Shown here: positions 9,515-19,446 of the stretch, one piece after another
Numbering within the stretch: the stretch's first letter is position 1
Layout of the letters: every line of letters begins with the position of its first letter
Source of the DNA: an uncultured Bacilli bacterium
GTDB taxonomy: Bacteria; Bacillota_I; Bacilli_A; RF39; UBA660
DNA length: 62,283 bases
Assembly (NCBI GenBank): GCA_910587725.1
Contig: CAJUNG010000003.1
Span: 1 to 62,283 of the forward strand
Direction of reading: 5' to 3'
Notes under the pieces: model-generated
What the model was told of the DNA's origin: nothing
The model's database searches: none
Seen by the model: only the letters and a program-made list of their open reading frames with translations
Translations under genes and position numbers: made by a program

Positions 9515-10900
9515 TTAATAATCACAAGATTTTGGTGTTCTTGGAAAAGGAATCACATCACGAATATTATCAACACCAGTTAAATAAATTAAAAGACGTT
9601 CAAACCCCATACCAAATCCTGAATGATAACATCCTCCAAATTTTCTTAAATTACAGAACCAATCTACGGTATTTTGGTCAACTCCCATTTCTTTAATTCT
9701 AGTCATTAATTTATCGTAATCCTCTTCTCTTTGGGAACCTCCCATCAATTCTCCTGCACCTGGTACTTCCAAGTCTACAGCAGCAACAGTTTTTCCATCT
9801 TCATTGACTTTCATATACCACGCTTTAATCTCTTTTGGCCAATCCGTAATAAATACAGGCCCATTGAAATACTCCGTAATATAGCGTTCATGTTCTTTGG
9901 CAATATCTTCGCCATAATCTGGCATAAACTCCCATTTTACATCGGCTTTTTTCAAAATATCGACAACATCATGATGCGTAATTCGAACAAATTTAGAGCT
10001 GACTAATTTTTCTAATTTTTCCTTTAATCCTGATTCGACAAAAGAATCGAAAAATTCAATTTCTTTTGGACAATGCGTAAGCACATAAGAAACTACACTT
10101 TTTAGCATATCCTCTTCAATATCCATGAGTCCTTCTAAATCACAAAACGCAATTTCTGGTTCAATCATCCAAAATTCATTAGCATGTGTCTTCGTATTTG
10201 AGTTTTCTGTACGAAAAGTCGGTCCAAACGTATAGATTTTCTTATAACACATCGCAAAAGCTTCTCCATGAAGTTGTCCTGTTCCTGTGACATAGGCGCA
10301 TTTTCCAAACAAATCTTTAGAAAAGTCCACTTGACCTTCTTCATCTTTAGGAAGATTTTGAAAATCTAATGTCGTAATTTTAAACATTTGGTCACTTCCC
10401 TCACAATCCGTAGTCGTAATTAACGGAGTATGAACATAGACATAACCATGGCTTTGAAAATATTCATGAATTGCCATAGCACAAGCGCTTCGCACACGAA
10501 ATACAGCTCCAAAGAGATTGGTTCTTGGGCGTAAATAAGCCTGCTCTCTTAAAAATTCTCTCGTATGACGTTTCGGCTGAATCGGATAATCTTCTGGTGA
10601 ATCTCCTAAAACCTCTAGTTGTTTTAATATGACTTCAAATTCCTGTCCTTCTTTTGGAGAAGAAACCAAAGTTCCTACCACACGAATGGCAGAACCAACT
10701 CTCAATTTCTGAATTTCTAAAAAGTCTTCCAACTGGCTATCATAGACAATTTGAACATTTTGAAAATAAGTTCCATCATTAAAATCAATAAACCCAAATT
10801 CTTTCTGTTTTCGATGATTACGAACCCAACCTTCTAATACAATTTCTTTATTGACTAGAGTATCTAATTCCTTATATACTTCTACTACATCTTTTTTCAT
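9515..10900 (-). CDS. asnS: Asparagine--tRNA ligase
   Basis: Class IIb aaRS with an N-terminal OB fold and motifs FRTENSNT, GGSQREE and GFGMGFERL. Track ORF starts at GTG 10909. ATG 10900 fits the AGGTGA RBS better. Confidence 0.93.
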   Translation of the reverse strand: MKKDVVEVYKELDTLVNKEIVLEGWVRNHRKQKEFGFIDFNDGTYFQNVQIVYDSQLEDFLEIQKLRVGSAIRVVGTLVSSPKEGQEFEVILKQLEVLGDSPEDYPIQPKRHTREFLREQAYLRPRTNLFGAVFRVRSACAMAIHEYFQSHGYVYVHTPLITTTDCEGSDQMFKITTLDFQNLPKDEEGQVDFSKDLFGKCAYVTGTGQLHGEAFAMCYKKIYTFGPTFRTENSNTKTHANEFWMIEPEIAFCDLEGLMDIEEDMLKSVVSYVLTHCPKEIEFFDSFVESGLKEKLEKLVSSKFVRITHHDVVDILKKADVKWEFMPDYGEDIAKEHERYITEYFNGPVFITDWPKEIKAWYMKVNEDGKTVAAVDLEVPGAGELMGGSQREEDYDKLMTRIKEMGVDQNTVDWFCNLRKFGGCYHSGFGMGFERLLIYLTGVDNIRDVIPFPRTPKSCDY

Positions 10901-10920
10901 TCCTCTCACCTTTCTTTACA

Positions 10921-11173
10921 AACACAAAAAATCAAGATATTTATCCCTTCTGGGACGAACATCTTGAAAAGTCCGCGGTACCACCCAATTTATTACAAAA
11001 AATGTAATCGCTCAAAATCAAGATAACGGTTTAACCGGCTTATTCTACTCAAATAATTTTTTCTTTAAGCACTCAAAGGTGTTTTTCAGGTAAGTTTTTA
11101 TACTAAGTTCCACCAAGCCTTAGCTCTCTTGAATAAAAGTTCTTCCCTACTTTTCCTCATCAAACGTTTTATT
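10921..11173 (-). promoter_or_regulatory. T-box riboswitch leader (Asn specifier AAC) controlling asnS
   Basis: Minus strand contains the T-box sequence AATTGGGTGGTACCGCG (10974..10990) and stem I elements TGATGA..AGTA and AGAGAGC..GGTGGAA. The specifier-loop context GAA-a-AAC-A places AAC at 11081..11083. The terminator CAAGAT..ATCTTG is followed by ATTTTTT. Confidence 0.88.
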
Positions 11174-11179
11174 AGGTCT

Positions 11180-11208
11180 ATCATACAAAAAATTCCAATC
11201 AATGTCAA
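11180..11208 (-). promoter_or_regulatory. Sigma-A-type promoter of the asnS T-box leader
   Basis: Minus strand reads TTGACA (11203..11208), a 17-nt spacer, then TATGAT (11180..11185). Confidence 0.65.
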
Positions 11209-11237
11209 TAAAAAAGATACACCAATTATAGTGTACC
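11207..11237 (-). terminator. Candidate rho-independent terminator 3' of the coiled-coil protein gene
   Basis: Minus strand reads GGTACACtataattGGTGTATC followed by TTTTTTATT. Confidence 0.5.
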
Positions 11238-11246
11238 CCAAAAGTT

Positions 11247-13244
11247 TTATTTTATTTTACGTTTTTGATATTCGCTTCCAAGAACTTCACAACAGAAATT
11301 ATCTAACATATCTTGTCGATGTTGTACTAATTTTGCAGATTCTTCTTGACGTTTTCTATTTGCGGCAAGAATTTCTAATCTTTCCTCTTCATACAAAGCA
11401 CTCAATTCTTTCGCAAGACTCATACTAGTTTCTTTTCTTACATCAAGAAAATCACAATACGCTTCAGCGATTCTTTGTAAATTTTGATAATAGTTCGCAA
11501 TTAGAAGATATATTGGTTGTTTTTGTTCATTAACATCTTCTTCACCAATTTTTAAAATATCTCCCTCTAACTCTGCATCTAAAATTTCATCACTACAAAA
11601 TTTAGATGCTCTATCATCAAGAACAAGTTCTCCATTTTCATATGTTGCACTCTTCTGATGCATCAAACAATATTTTAAATGAAGAAACCTTTTTAATGTG
11701 CCCTCATAAAGTCTAGCAGAACCATTTTCCAGTATAATTGGTGAATAATCAATGTCAGTAGAATCATAAGTATAAAAACTTTTTTCTACACTCATATTCT
11801 GAGCAAGTCTCATACTAACTGCCTTAGCAAATTCGGAATCTCCATATTTTACTGAGGCGATGATATCCTCATAAGTCTTCAACATTTGTTCAAAATCAAG
11901 CGAAACATTTTCAAGGCTCATTGAATTTATAATATCTTCATAAGCTTTTTGAAGGATTTCTTTAGTATAAAAGACTTGAAGTGGTGATGAAATAGTATCC
12001 TTTGCATTTTTTTCTTTAGTTTTTTCTTCCGCTATTTTATCTTTTACTTTTTCTGCAAACTCTAAAGCTTCACGACTACCATATTTAGCTACTTCTTTTT
12101 CGTAAGCTTTAAGGCTACCATATTTAGCTATTCCTTTAAGTGTTGCATTGACTGCATTAATCGTCTGCTGTTCAATTTCGGCTTGTTTTTCTTTTAATTT
12201 TTTCTCTACATCCAATTTTTTAGCTTCAATTTGTTCTTTTTCTTTAGCAATTTCTGCTTCCTTAGCCCTTAGTTTTTTTTCAGCAGCTGCTTTTTCCTCT
12301 TGAATTTTCTCTAATGCTTGTCTTCCAATCTCCTGTAAAGCCCTTTGATAATCTGCTTCTTTCTCATCCCATTCTCTATATTTACGTTCATATTCATCAC
12401 CTAAGTTATTATATGACGCTGTTTGAGCAGCCAGTTCTTTCTTAAGTAATTGATTTTTTCCTTGTACTTTTTCTTTCGCTTTTTCCAAAAGAGATGATGC
12501 CATCGTCGTAATTTGTCCTGTAGGTAAAGCTAGTTTATTCATTTTTTCTGGTTTTTTCACTTTTATTCGAGGTACCCCTATAAAAGACACCTTTTTTTCC
12601 TCATTTTCAAACATTAAATTTCCATTTTCTTCAACTAGTTTATATCCTTCTGGTAAAAGAAGTTCACTAACATTCACATCACTTTGAATATAAAAATATT
12701 GATTTCTATTAACATCTGCACCAATCACAGGTGCCATTTTGCAAACAAAACCAGGATTTAATTTCTTTAAAGATTTAATAAATTTCCCGATTGTTTCTGT
12801 ATCCGCAAATAGGTTTGTACTATTCGTAGTAGTAGCAGGTAAACAGCTAAAATCAATTTCTGTTTCTTCGAAATCGAAAAGTTCAAAAGAGTCATCGAAA
12901 GAATCTACACCCTGAACAATTACTTCTTGCTCTTTTGTTTTCTCTTGCGCTTCTGTTTCCTCAATAATTTCACGAACAGCTTCTACATCGACACATTCTT
13001 CTGGACAGTAATAAGCATCAATCGCACGTCTTGCTAATTCTAAGTGCTCTGAAAAATGATTATCTTTCCACTTTTTCATAACAATTGCTTTTTTATCCGA
13101 AGATAAGCTTGAATTTTTAAATTTATCTTCTGCATAAGCTTTACCAATTTCTTCGGCAACATCCAATTCATAATTCTCTAACAATTCCTTATCCCTCATA
13201 AGTCGAACTTGAATGGTTAGATTGTCCTTTAAATTAATTTCCAC
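11247..13244 (-). CDS. Hypothetical protein with a long K/E-rich coiled-coil centre
   Basis: Long ORF with a central AEKKLRAKEAEIAKEKEQIEAKKLDVEKKLKEKQAEIEQ region and no recognisable catalytic motif. Track start is TTG 13304. GTG 13244 follows the strong RBS AAGGGGGA at 6 nt. Confidence 0.7.
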   Translation of the reverse strand: MEINLKDNLTIQVRLMRDKELLENYELDVAEEIGKAYAEDKFKNSSLSSDKKAIVMKKWKDNHFSEHLELARRAIDAYYCPEECVDVEAVREIIEETEAQEKTKEQEVIVQGVDSFDDSFELFDFEETEIDFSCLPATTTNSTNLFADTETIGKFIKSLKKLNPGFVCKMAPVIGADVNRNQYFYIQSDVNVSELLLPEGYKLVEENGNLMFENEEKKVSFIGVPRIKVKKPEKMNKLALPTGQITTMASSLLEKAKEKVQGKNQLLKKELAAQTASYNNLGDEYERKYREWDEKEADYQRALQEIGRQALEKIQEEKAAAEKKLRAKEAEIAKEKEQIEAKKLDVEKKLKEKQAEIEQQTINAVNATLKGIAKYGSLKAYEKEVAKYGSREALEFAEKVKDKIAEEKTKEKNAKDTISSPLQVFYTKEILQKAYEDIINSMSLENVSLDFEQMLKTYEDIIASVKYGDSEFAKAVSMRLAQNMSVEKSFYTYDSTDIDYSPIILENGSARLYEGTLKRFLHLKYCLMHQKSATYENGELVLDDRASKFCSDEILDAELEGDILKIGEEDVNEQKQPIYLLIANYYQNLQRIAEAYCDFLDVRKETSMSLAKELSALYEEERLEILAANRKRQEESAKLVQHRQDMLDNFCCEVLGSEYQKRKIK

Positions 13245-13307
13245 AAAAATTCCCCCTTCAATTAATATGGCCAAAATTATACCACAACAATTCTTTTCTG
13301 TCAAGCA

Positions 13308-13871
13308 CTAATATCCATATCGCAAAACTTCGATACTAGTAGATTTCATTACCCCTAATTGATAAGACTGCTTTTCGCTTTCACAAAGCAAGTCCAAAAC
13401 ATATTTCTTACCAAATCCAATTGCCCCTCCACGGTCTAATACAATTGCATGAATAACCGTATTTCCATTATTGCTAGAAAGCTTTAACACACTTCCCATC
13501 GGAATCGATTTATCTGCAGCAACAATGCGAAGAGTTCCATAGGTTTCATCTTGGTAATAAATGGTATCACTAACCCGATAACCAGAAGCGGTTACTCCAC
13601 TACACCCACGACAATCTGGCCCATAATAACTAACCGTTCCAAGGAAGTGATTGGAATTTTTCGTATTATGATTTTCTTCAATCGTTTTTTTATCTTCAAT
13701 GATTCTAGGTTGTGAAGAAATTACCGTAGTAGATAAAACATTTTCATAAGAAAATGATAATATCTTTTCTTTTTCTATCGATACCGATTTTTCGATAATC
13801 GTCACAATCGTAAAACACATAAATAATAACATAACTCCTATGCTTTTCGAGACATATTCAATACGTTTCAT
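13308..13871 (-). CDS. 3D-domain (MltA/RlpA-like double-psi beta-barrel) membrane-anchored protein
   Basis: N-terminal TM helix, then YYGPDCRGCSGVTASGYRV...IVAADKSIPMGSVL...VLDRGGAI, typical of 3D domains (YuiC/YabE-like). RBS AGGGGGA is present. Confidence 0.8.
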   Translation of the reverse strand: MKRIEYVSKSIGVMLLFMCFTIVTIIEKSVSIEKEKILSFSYENVLSTTVISSQPRIIEDKKTIEENHNTKNSNHFLGTVSYYGPDCRGCSGVTASGYRVSDTIYYQDETYGTLRIVAADKSIPMGSVLKLSSNNGNTVIHAIVLDRGGAIGFGKKYVLDLLCESEKQSYQLGVMKSTSIEVLRYGY

Positions 13872-13900
13872 ATTTTCCCCCTAAACAAAAAACGATTTTT

Positions 13901-13929
13901 ATTATACCACAGTATATGAAGTTTGGCAA
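13901..13929 (-). promoter_or_regulatory. Sigma-A-type promoter (extended -10) of the 3D-domain gene
   Basis: Minus strand reads TTGCCA (13924..13929), a 17-nt spacer, then TGgTATAAT (TATAAT 13901..13906). Confidence 0.6.
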
Positions 13930-13943
13930 ATTTCTTGACTACA

Positions 13944-13973
13944 AATAAAAAAGGAAAGAAGCATTTTCTTTCC
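13944..13973 (-). terminator. Rho-independent terminator after tmk
   Basis: Minus strand reads GGAAAGAAaatgcTTCTTTCC followed by TTTTTTATTTG. Confidence 0.7.
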
Positions 13974-13983
13974 AAAAGTTAAA

Positions 13984-14655
13984 TCAAATAAGACGAAGTA
14001 ATCGCTTTAATATTTCCTCTCCGATTTCCTCAATCCCTTTCATTTGTTGAAACTCAACACAATCGATTCTCTCCCAGTGATAAAGTTCCGAAAGTTCAAG
14101 ATATGTCAATTCCACATTTTTTAAATATTCGCTATCCTTTTCATGATTATCCAAAAATTCTCGACTTTTCATCAATTCTTGAGAAATTTGATAAGGTACA
14201 TGTAAAAAGAAGGTAATATCCGCTTTGGGAAGTCCCAACAACCAATATTCCAATTTATCAATAAACTGATAAGTGTTAAACCGCTCATCTTTATCTAATA
14301 CTTTACAACCTTGATGTGCCATATTAGAACTCGTATAACGATCTAAAATTACAAAGTATCCTTTTTCTAAATATTCATCAATTTTGCCAATATTATATTT
14401 CCGGTCTGCCGCATAGTATAAGCTAGCAATTTTAGCATCGACCTGGACACTACCTTCATCAAAATAACTAGGTCCAATTTCTGGCTTTCCAAGATAACAT
14501 CCTCCAACAATTTTTCCTGTTGGAGTATCGTACATAGGAAAAGACATTTGTATAGCAGAGTATCCCAATGCATTTAATTTTGAGGTAAGTAACTTACTTT
14601 GTGTTTCTTTTCCTGAACAGTCACTGCCCTCGATGATAATGAGTTTTCCTCTCAC
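13984..14655 (-). CDS. tmk: Thymidylate (dTMP) kinase
   Basis: P-loop IIIEGSDCSGKETQ and DRY motif LDRYTSSNMAHQ. GTG 14655 follows RBS AGGGGTGG at 5 nt (track start GTG 14664). Confidence 0.8.
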   Translation of the reverse strand: MRGKLIIIEGSDCSGKETQSKLLTSKLNALGYSAIQMSFPMYDTPTGKIVGGCYLGKPEIGPSYFDEGSVQVDAKIASLYYAADRKYNIGKIDEYLEKGYFVILDRYTSSNMAHQGCKVLDKDERFNTYQFIDKLEYWLLGLPKADITFFLHVPYQISQELMKSREFLDNHEKDSEYLKNVELTYLELSELYHWERIDCVEFQQMKGIEEIGEEILKRLLRLI

Positions 14656-14666
14656 TTGTACCACCC

Positions 14667-15257
14667 CTATTCTACAATTTCATTATGTTCAAATTTAACA
14701 TCCAAAAATTTTTTGCTGGATAGATAATCACACATATGCACAAAATTTTGATATTTTGTATGTGGTTTAGGTAAAATTTCCTCTTTTGTGTAATAATCTG
14801 TATTCCATGGACCCATATGGCTTTTAATACACTCGGAAACAAAGGTTGCATCTTCCAAGTTAAGTCCAATTTCTTCGCGATGTTCTAAAATAAAATTAGC
14901 TGCAAGAAGAGGATGGTCGGCTTTAGTATATTTCTCTTCTGAAAGCCCATGCTTAAAGCTATCATGGAAAAGAATTGCCAAGCACATCAATTCCTGTTCT
15001 CTTAGGGTGTATTTATCCCCAAAGCAAGGATTGTCTAATAATACTCTAGCAAACTTAAATGCCGTCTTCGTATGGCGCACTAATCCTCCCTCACCTAGAG
15101 AAAAAGAAGGATGATATTTTCCCGTAGAACTTGCCGCAACATGGTAAAAGTAATCGGGAATCATATTCGATAATTTTTCGGCAGCACTTCGATACTCACG
15201 CATTTTAAAAGTACTTATCTCTTTTGCTAGTGCTTTTGACTTTAATGTCTCATTCAT
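14667..15257 (-). CDS. HD-domain phosphohydrolase
   Basis: H..HD metal-binding pattern (VRHTKTAF ... ILFHDSFKHG). RBS GGAGGTGA is present. The gene overlaps the hemW 3' end by 8 nt. Confidence 0.75.
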   Translation of the reverse strand: MNETLKSKALAKEISTFKMREYRSAAEKLSNMIPDYFYHVAASSTGKYHPSFSLGEGGLVRHTKTAFKFARVLLDNPCFGDKYTLREQELMCLAILFHDSFKHGLSEEKYTKADHPLLAANFILEHREEIGLNLEDATFVSECIKSHMGPWNTDYYTKEEILPKPHTKYQNFVHMCDYLSSKKFLDVKFEHNEIVE

Positions 15258-16341
15258 AATTTTTCACCTCCAAAAAATGAATCAAAATCGAATTCTCCAA
15301 ATAAAGTTTATCTTTAGGAATTCGAATAAAATCTCCTGTATCTTCTAAAAGTCCTTGATTCAACATCTCTATTATATCAAAACTTTGCTCTATTTTGCGA
15401 TGATATTTTTGAAAAAATTTTATTTTTGCAACGCCCTCTACTTTTCGAAGCCCTAAAATCATTTCATAAATCATCTGATCAGAAAGAGAAACAACTTCCT
15501 CCTCTTGTTTATAAAATCCTTTTTCATATTCATCAAGACTTCTAGTATTTGTATACCTAGTCGATAAATATCCAGAAGCACCTAACCCAAAACCATAATA
15601 TTGTTCGTTATTCCAGTATGTTAGATTATGAAAAGAAGAAAATCCTTCTTTAGAAAAATTACTGATTTCATATTGCTTATATCCATTTTCGCTCAACTTT
15701 TCTCTTAAAATTTCATACATTCTAGCATCATTCTCATCATTTAATCTTTGATATTTCGAGATAAATAATTTCGTATGTTCTTCTAAAATTAAAGAATATG
15801 TAGAAATATGCGGAACATCTAAAGATAATACATAATCTAAGTCTTCTATGAACGCAAAGATTGTCTGCCCAGAAAATCCATACATCAAATCAATATTAAT
15901 ATTAGAAAAATAAGTTTTTACTAAAAGTATATCTTCTTTAGAAACACAACGTTTTCTACCTAAAATAGATAAATAAGCATCATTTTTTGTTTCATGTCCT
16001 ATACTGATTCGATTTACCCCATGTGTTTTCAAAAAGACAAGTTTTTCTTCGGTAATATCTTCGGGATTCATCTCAAAGGTAAATTCTTGAACTTCCGATA
16101 AATCAAACATAGAAACAATTTGAAAAAGCTGTTCAAGTTCTGGTGGGTGCAAACAACTCGGAGTACCTCCACCAATATATAGTGTTCGAATCGGTTCTTT
16201 CTGATAAACTTCTTGAATTTCTTTTTTTAAGCTTTGCAAGTATCGCTCTACAAATTCACCATGATAATACATCTTACAAAAATCGCAATACGAGCAAATA
16301 GACCGGCAAAAAGGAATATGGAGATAAACACTACTAACCAT
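15250..16341 (-). CDS. hemW: Radical SAM heme chaperone HemW (HemN-like, oxygen-independent coproporphyrinogen oxidase family)
   Basis: CxxxCxxC cluster motif YLHIPFCRSICSYCDF plus the HemN C-terminal domain. Position after lepA matches Bacillus. The start overlaps the upstream stop (TAATG). Confidence 0.9.
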   Translation of the reverse strand: MVSSVYLHIPFCRSICSYCDFCKMYYHGEFVERYLQSLKKEIQEVYQKEPIRTLYIGGGTPSCLHPPELEQLFQIVSMFDLSEVQEFTFEMNPEDITEEKLVFLKTHGVNRISIGHETKNDAYLSILGRKRCVSKEDILLVKTYFSNINIDLMYGFSGQTIFAFIEDLDYVLSLDVPHISTYSLILEEHTKLFISKYQRLNDENDARMYEILREKLSENGYKQYEISNFSKEGFSSFHNLTYWNNEQYYGFGLGASGYLSTRYTNTRSLDEYEKGFYKQEEEVVSLSDQMIYEMILGLRKVEGVAKIKFFQKYHRKIEQSFDIIEMLNQGLLEDTGDFIRIPKDKLYLENSILIHFLEVKNYE

Positions 16342-16823
16342 TATCTTTTCCTAGATTTTGCTTCTTCGATGACTTCTGTATCTTTTAATTTGTCAAAACC
16401 ACTTGAACGCATTCTAAGATTATCCTGGGTAGTCTTCTCTAAAAGAGGTAATAAATCTTCATATTGAAGACGCCTAATCGTATCATAAATACTAGAAGAA
16501 GAATAACCAAAAACATCAGATAATTCTTCATAAGTCGCCCCAGTATCAATTCGATAACTAGCCATCTCTAACGCTTCAAAATCAGTAATTGCCAGTTGCC
16601 TTTTTCCCACTCTACCTCCAGCTTGTAGAGCCCTTGCAAGAACAATGTTCTGTGTCTTTTTTAATAAATGATATAAGTCAGCAGAAATAAGCACCAATTT
16701 TTTATTGATATATTTTTGAATTGTAGACTCTGATTTCTGAAAATAATCTGCCGCTTGTTTTACTGTTGTTTGATTTTCTATCATCCAACGAGCAACCTCT
16801 TGAATAAAATCTTCATTTTTCAT
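16341..16823 (-). CDS. SpoIIID-like HTH DNA-binding protein with a second C-terminal HTH
   Basis: The N-terminal segment IENQTTVKQAADYFQKSESTIQKYINKKL ... GGRVGK resembles the SpoIIID HTH plus basic region. A second HTH is ATYEELSDVFGYSSSSIYDTIRRL. RBS GGAGGAGGA is present. Confidence 0.55.
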   Translation of the reverse strand: MKNEDFIQEVARWMIENQTTVKQAADYFQKSESTIQKYINKKLVLISADLYHLLKKTQNIVLARALQAGGRVGKRQLAITDFEALEMASYRIDTGATYEELSDVFGYSSSSIYDTIRRLQYEDLLPLLEKTTQDNLRMRSSGFDKLKDTEVIEEAKSRKR

Positions 16824-16825
16824 GG

Positions 16826-18628
16826 TTATTCCTCCTCCATACTTAATACAGATAAAAATGCTTCTTGTGGCAAAGCGACACTACCAATTTGTTTCATCTT
16901 CTTTTTTCCTTCTTTTTGTTTTTCTAAAAGTTTCTTTTTCCGGGAAATATCTCCCCCATAACATTTAGCAAGAACATCCTTGCGTAAAGCTTTAACTGTA
17001 CTTCTTGCCAAGATTTTGCTACCAACACTTGCCTGAACAGGAATTTCAAACAACTGTCTAGGAATCGTCCCCTTCAATTTTTCTACGACCGCTTTTCCTC
17101 GTAGATAAGCAAAATCCTTATGAACGATTACGGATAGAGCATCAACAACCTCACCATTTAATAAAATATCCATCTTGACTAAGTCACTTTGCTGATAGCC
17201 GATAATTTCATAATCAAAAGAAGCGTAGCCTTTAGTATAAGATTTTAATTTATCAAAAAAATCATAAACAATTTCAGAAAGTGGTAAAGCATAATGAATA
17301 TTCACCCGCTTTTCATCTAAATATTCCATACTTTGATAAATTCCTCGTTTATTTTGACAAAGTTCCATGATTGGCCCAATATAGTCAGATGGGGTAAAAA
17401 TATTCGTTTTAATAAATGGTTCTAATACTTCTTTAATTTTTCCTCTATCAGGAAATTTAGAAGGAGAATCAACAAATATCGTACTTCCATCGGTAAGGTT
17501 TACATGATAAATAACCGAAGGAGACGTTAAAATTAAATCAATATTATATTCTCTTTCGATTCTCTCACGAATCACATCCATATGTAATAAACCTAAAAAA
17601 CCACAACGGAATCCAAAGCCAAGAGCTTTCGAAGTCTCTGGCTCAAAAGTAAGAGAAGCATCATTAAGTTTTAATTTACTAAGAGATTCACGAAGTTCTT
17701 CAAATTTTGATGTCTCAACAGGATAAACCCCACAAAATACCATAGATTTCATCGGTTGATATCCAGGAAGAGGTGTACTTGCTTTATTTTTGGCAAGAGT
17801 CACAGTATCCCCTACTCGTACATCTTCGATATTTTTAATACTCGCAGTAAAAAAGCCGACATCTCCTGGTTGTAATACCTCTTTTTTTCTCTCCTTTGGC
17901 GTCGAAACCCCAAGTTCTAATACTTCATAAGTTGCCCCTGTTTCCATAAAGAGAACCGTATCCCCCACTTTTAAAGTTCCGGAAACAACACGAATCGTTA
18001 CGATAACGCCACGATAAGAATCAAATACGGAATCGAAAATCAATGCCTGTAATGGTGCAGCAGAATCTCCCTTAGGAGAAGGAATACGACAAACGATAGA
18101 ATCCAATAATTCAGAAATTCCAATTCCTTCTTTTGCACTAGTTAAAATAATTTCTTCTTTAGAAAACCCAATATTTCGAATGAGTTCTTCTTCTACTCTC
18201 GGAATATCCGCATTCGGTAAGTCAATTTTATTAATGACCGGAATAATCGTAAGATCATTTTCTAAGGCCAGATAAAGATTAGCCAGTGTCTGTGCTTCCA
18301 TTCCTTGGGCAGCATCTACAACTAAAATCGCCCCCTCACAAGCAGCCAAACTACGAGATACTTCATAGCTAAAGTCAACATGCCCTGGGGTATCAATTAA
18401 ATGAAGGATATATTCTTCTTGTTGATAACGATAAGAAACTTCAACAGAATTTAATTTGATGGTAATTCCTCTTTCTCTTTCTAAATCCATATTGTCCAAA
18501 ATTTGATTTTTCATCTCTCTTTTACTCAGTGCACCACATTCTTCCAAAATCCGATCGGCAAGTGTACTTTTCCCATGATCAATATGAGCAATAATACAAA
18601 AATTACGAACATTCTTTTCTTTTCCCAT
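16826..18628 (-). CDS. lepA: Translation elongation factor 4 (LepA)
   Basis: GTPase motifs [17 protein letters not shown] and NKIDL plus the LepA C-terminal domain. ATG 18628 preferred (track start TTG 18634). Confidence 0.95.
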   Translation of the reverse strand: MGKEKNVRNFCIIAHIDHGKSTLADRILEECGALSKREMKNQILDNMDLERERGITIKLNSVEVSYRYQQEEYILHLIDTPGHVDFSYEVSRSLAACEGAILVVDAAQGMEAQTLANLYLALENDLTIIPVINKIDLPNADIPRVEEELIRNIGFSKEEIILTSAKEGIGISELLDSIVCRIPSPKGDSAAPLQALIFDSVFDSYRGVIVTIRVVSGTLKVGDTVLFMETGATYEVLELGVSTPKERKKEVLQPGDVGFFTASIKNIEDVRVGDTVTLAKNKASTPLPGYQPMKSMVFCGVYPVETSKFEELRESLSKLKLNDASLTFEPETSKALGFGFRCGFLGLLHMDVIRERIEREYNIDLILTSPSVIYHVNLTDGSTIFVDSPSKFPDRGKIKEVLEPFIKTNIFTPSDYIGPIMELCQNKRGIYQSMEYLDEKRVNIHYALPLSEIVYDFFDKLKSYTKGYASFDYEIIGYQQSDLVKMDILLNGEVVDALSVIVHKDFAYLRGKAVVEKLKGTIPRQLFEIPVQASVGSKILARSTVKALRKDVLAKCYGGDISRKKKLLEKQKEGKKKMKQIGSVALPQEAFLSVLSMEEE

Positions 18629-18697
18629 TTCCAATCCCGTCTCTTTCTTTTTCTAGTATATCAAAAATATAGGTGCGGGTAAAGTATTTTAAAAAAT

Positions 18698-18726
18698 ATT
18701 TGTTCTATTCTACATTTGTTCGAAGT
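18698..18726. promoter_or_regulatory. Candidate degenerate LexA (SOS/Cheo) box region upstream of lexA
   Basis: Two direct copies of ATTTGTTC (18698..18705 and 18714..18721), read as GAACAAAT on the minus strand. Minus-strand CGAACAAATGTAGA matches CGAAC-N4-GT of the CGAACN4GTTCG consensus but not the last two bases. Confidence 0.3.
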
Positions 18727-18731
18727 TTTAC

Positions 18732-18760
18732 TTGCAAAAGGAATTTATGTTTGCTATAAT
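18732..18760 (+). promoter_or_regulatory. Sigma-A-type promoter of lexA
   Basis: TTGCAA (18732..18737), a 17-nt spacer, then TATAAT (18755..18760), about 30 nt upstream of the RBS AAAGGAGG. Confidence 0.7.
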
Positions 18761-18792
18761 AACATCAACAACGAGTTAAAGGAGGAAATTTT

Positions 18793-19419
18793 ATGGAGAG
18801 AAAAAAATTAACTGAAAAGCAAGAACAAGTATTAACTGTCATCAAAAAAGCCATAGCAGAAAAAGGATATCCACCAACGGTTAGAGAAATCGGAAATAAA
18901 GTAGGTCTCTCATCAAGTGCCACAACCCAATTCCATATTTGCAAATTACAGGAAAAAGGGTACATCAAAAAAGACGACACCAAAAACCGAACAATCGAAT
19001 TGCTTGTACCTAACGAATATGCCGATAAAAAAGCGAATATCGTAAGTATTCCCCTTCTTGGAAATGTTACGGCAGGTAGTCCAATCGAAGCAATCGAAAC
19101 TCCTGATGAATATATCCAAGTTCCCGGTTTCATGATACCCAAAACAAAAGAAATATTTGCCCTTCATGTGAAAGGAGAAAGCATGATTAACGCAGGAATC
19201 TTCGATGGAGACGTCATCATTGTAGAACGTCGAGATACGGCAAAGAATGGCGAAAAAATCGTCGCAATGACAGAAGAAAATGAAGTCACAGTAAAAACAT
19301 TCTATAAAGAAAAAGACCATATTCGTTTACAACCAGAAAACGATACAATGGCACCAATCATCTTACCTAATGTAACAGTGCTAGGAAAAGTCATTGGATT
19401 ATTTAGAAAAATGGCATAA
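18793..19419 (+). CDS. lexA: LexA repressor (SOS regulator, S24 peptidase)
   Basis: N-terminal winged HTH (PPTVREIGNKVGLSSSATTQFHI), Ala-Gly cleavage site VTAGSP, catalytic Ser in VKGESM and a downstream Lys. Confidence 0.95.
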   Translation: MERKKLTEKQEQVLTVIKKAIAEKGYPPTVREIGNKVGLSSSATTQFHICKLQEKGYIKKDDTKNRTIELLVPNEYADKKANIVSIPLLGNVTAGSPIEAIETPDEYIQVPGFMIPKTKEIFALHVKGESMINAGIFDGDVIIVERRDTAKNGEKIVAMTEENEVTVKTFYKEKDHIRLQPENDTMAPIILPNVTVLGKVIGLFRKMA

Positions 19420-19446
19420 AAAAGAAAAGAACTAGGAAAATCAAAA

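Noticed and set aside
11129-11428. ORF 11129..11428(+), 99 aa.
   Set aside because: It overlaps the asnS T-box leader and promoter and the 3' end of the coiled-coil gene on the opposite strand. It has no RBS.
18765-19320. ORFs 18765..19142(-) and 18946..19320(-), antisense to lexA.
   Set aside because: lexA on the plus strand has unambiguous motifs, an RBS and a promoter. The antisense ORFs lack both.
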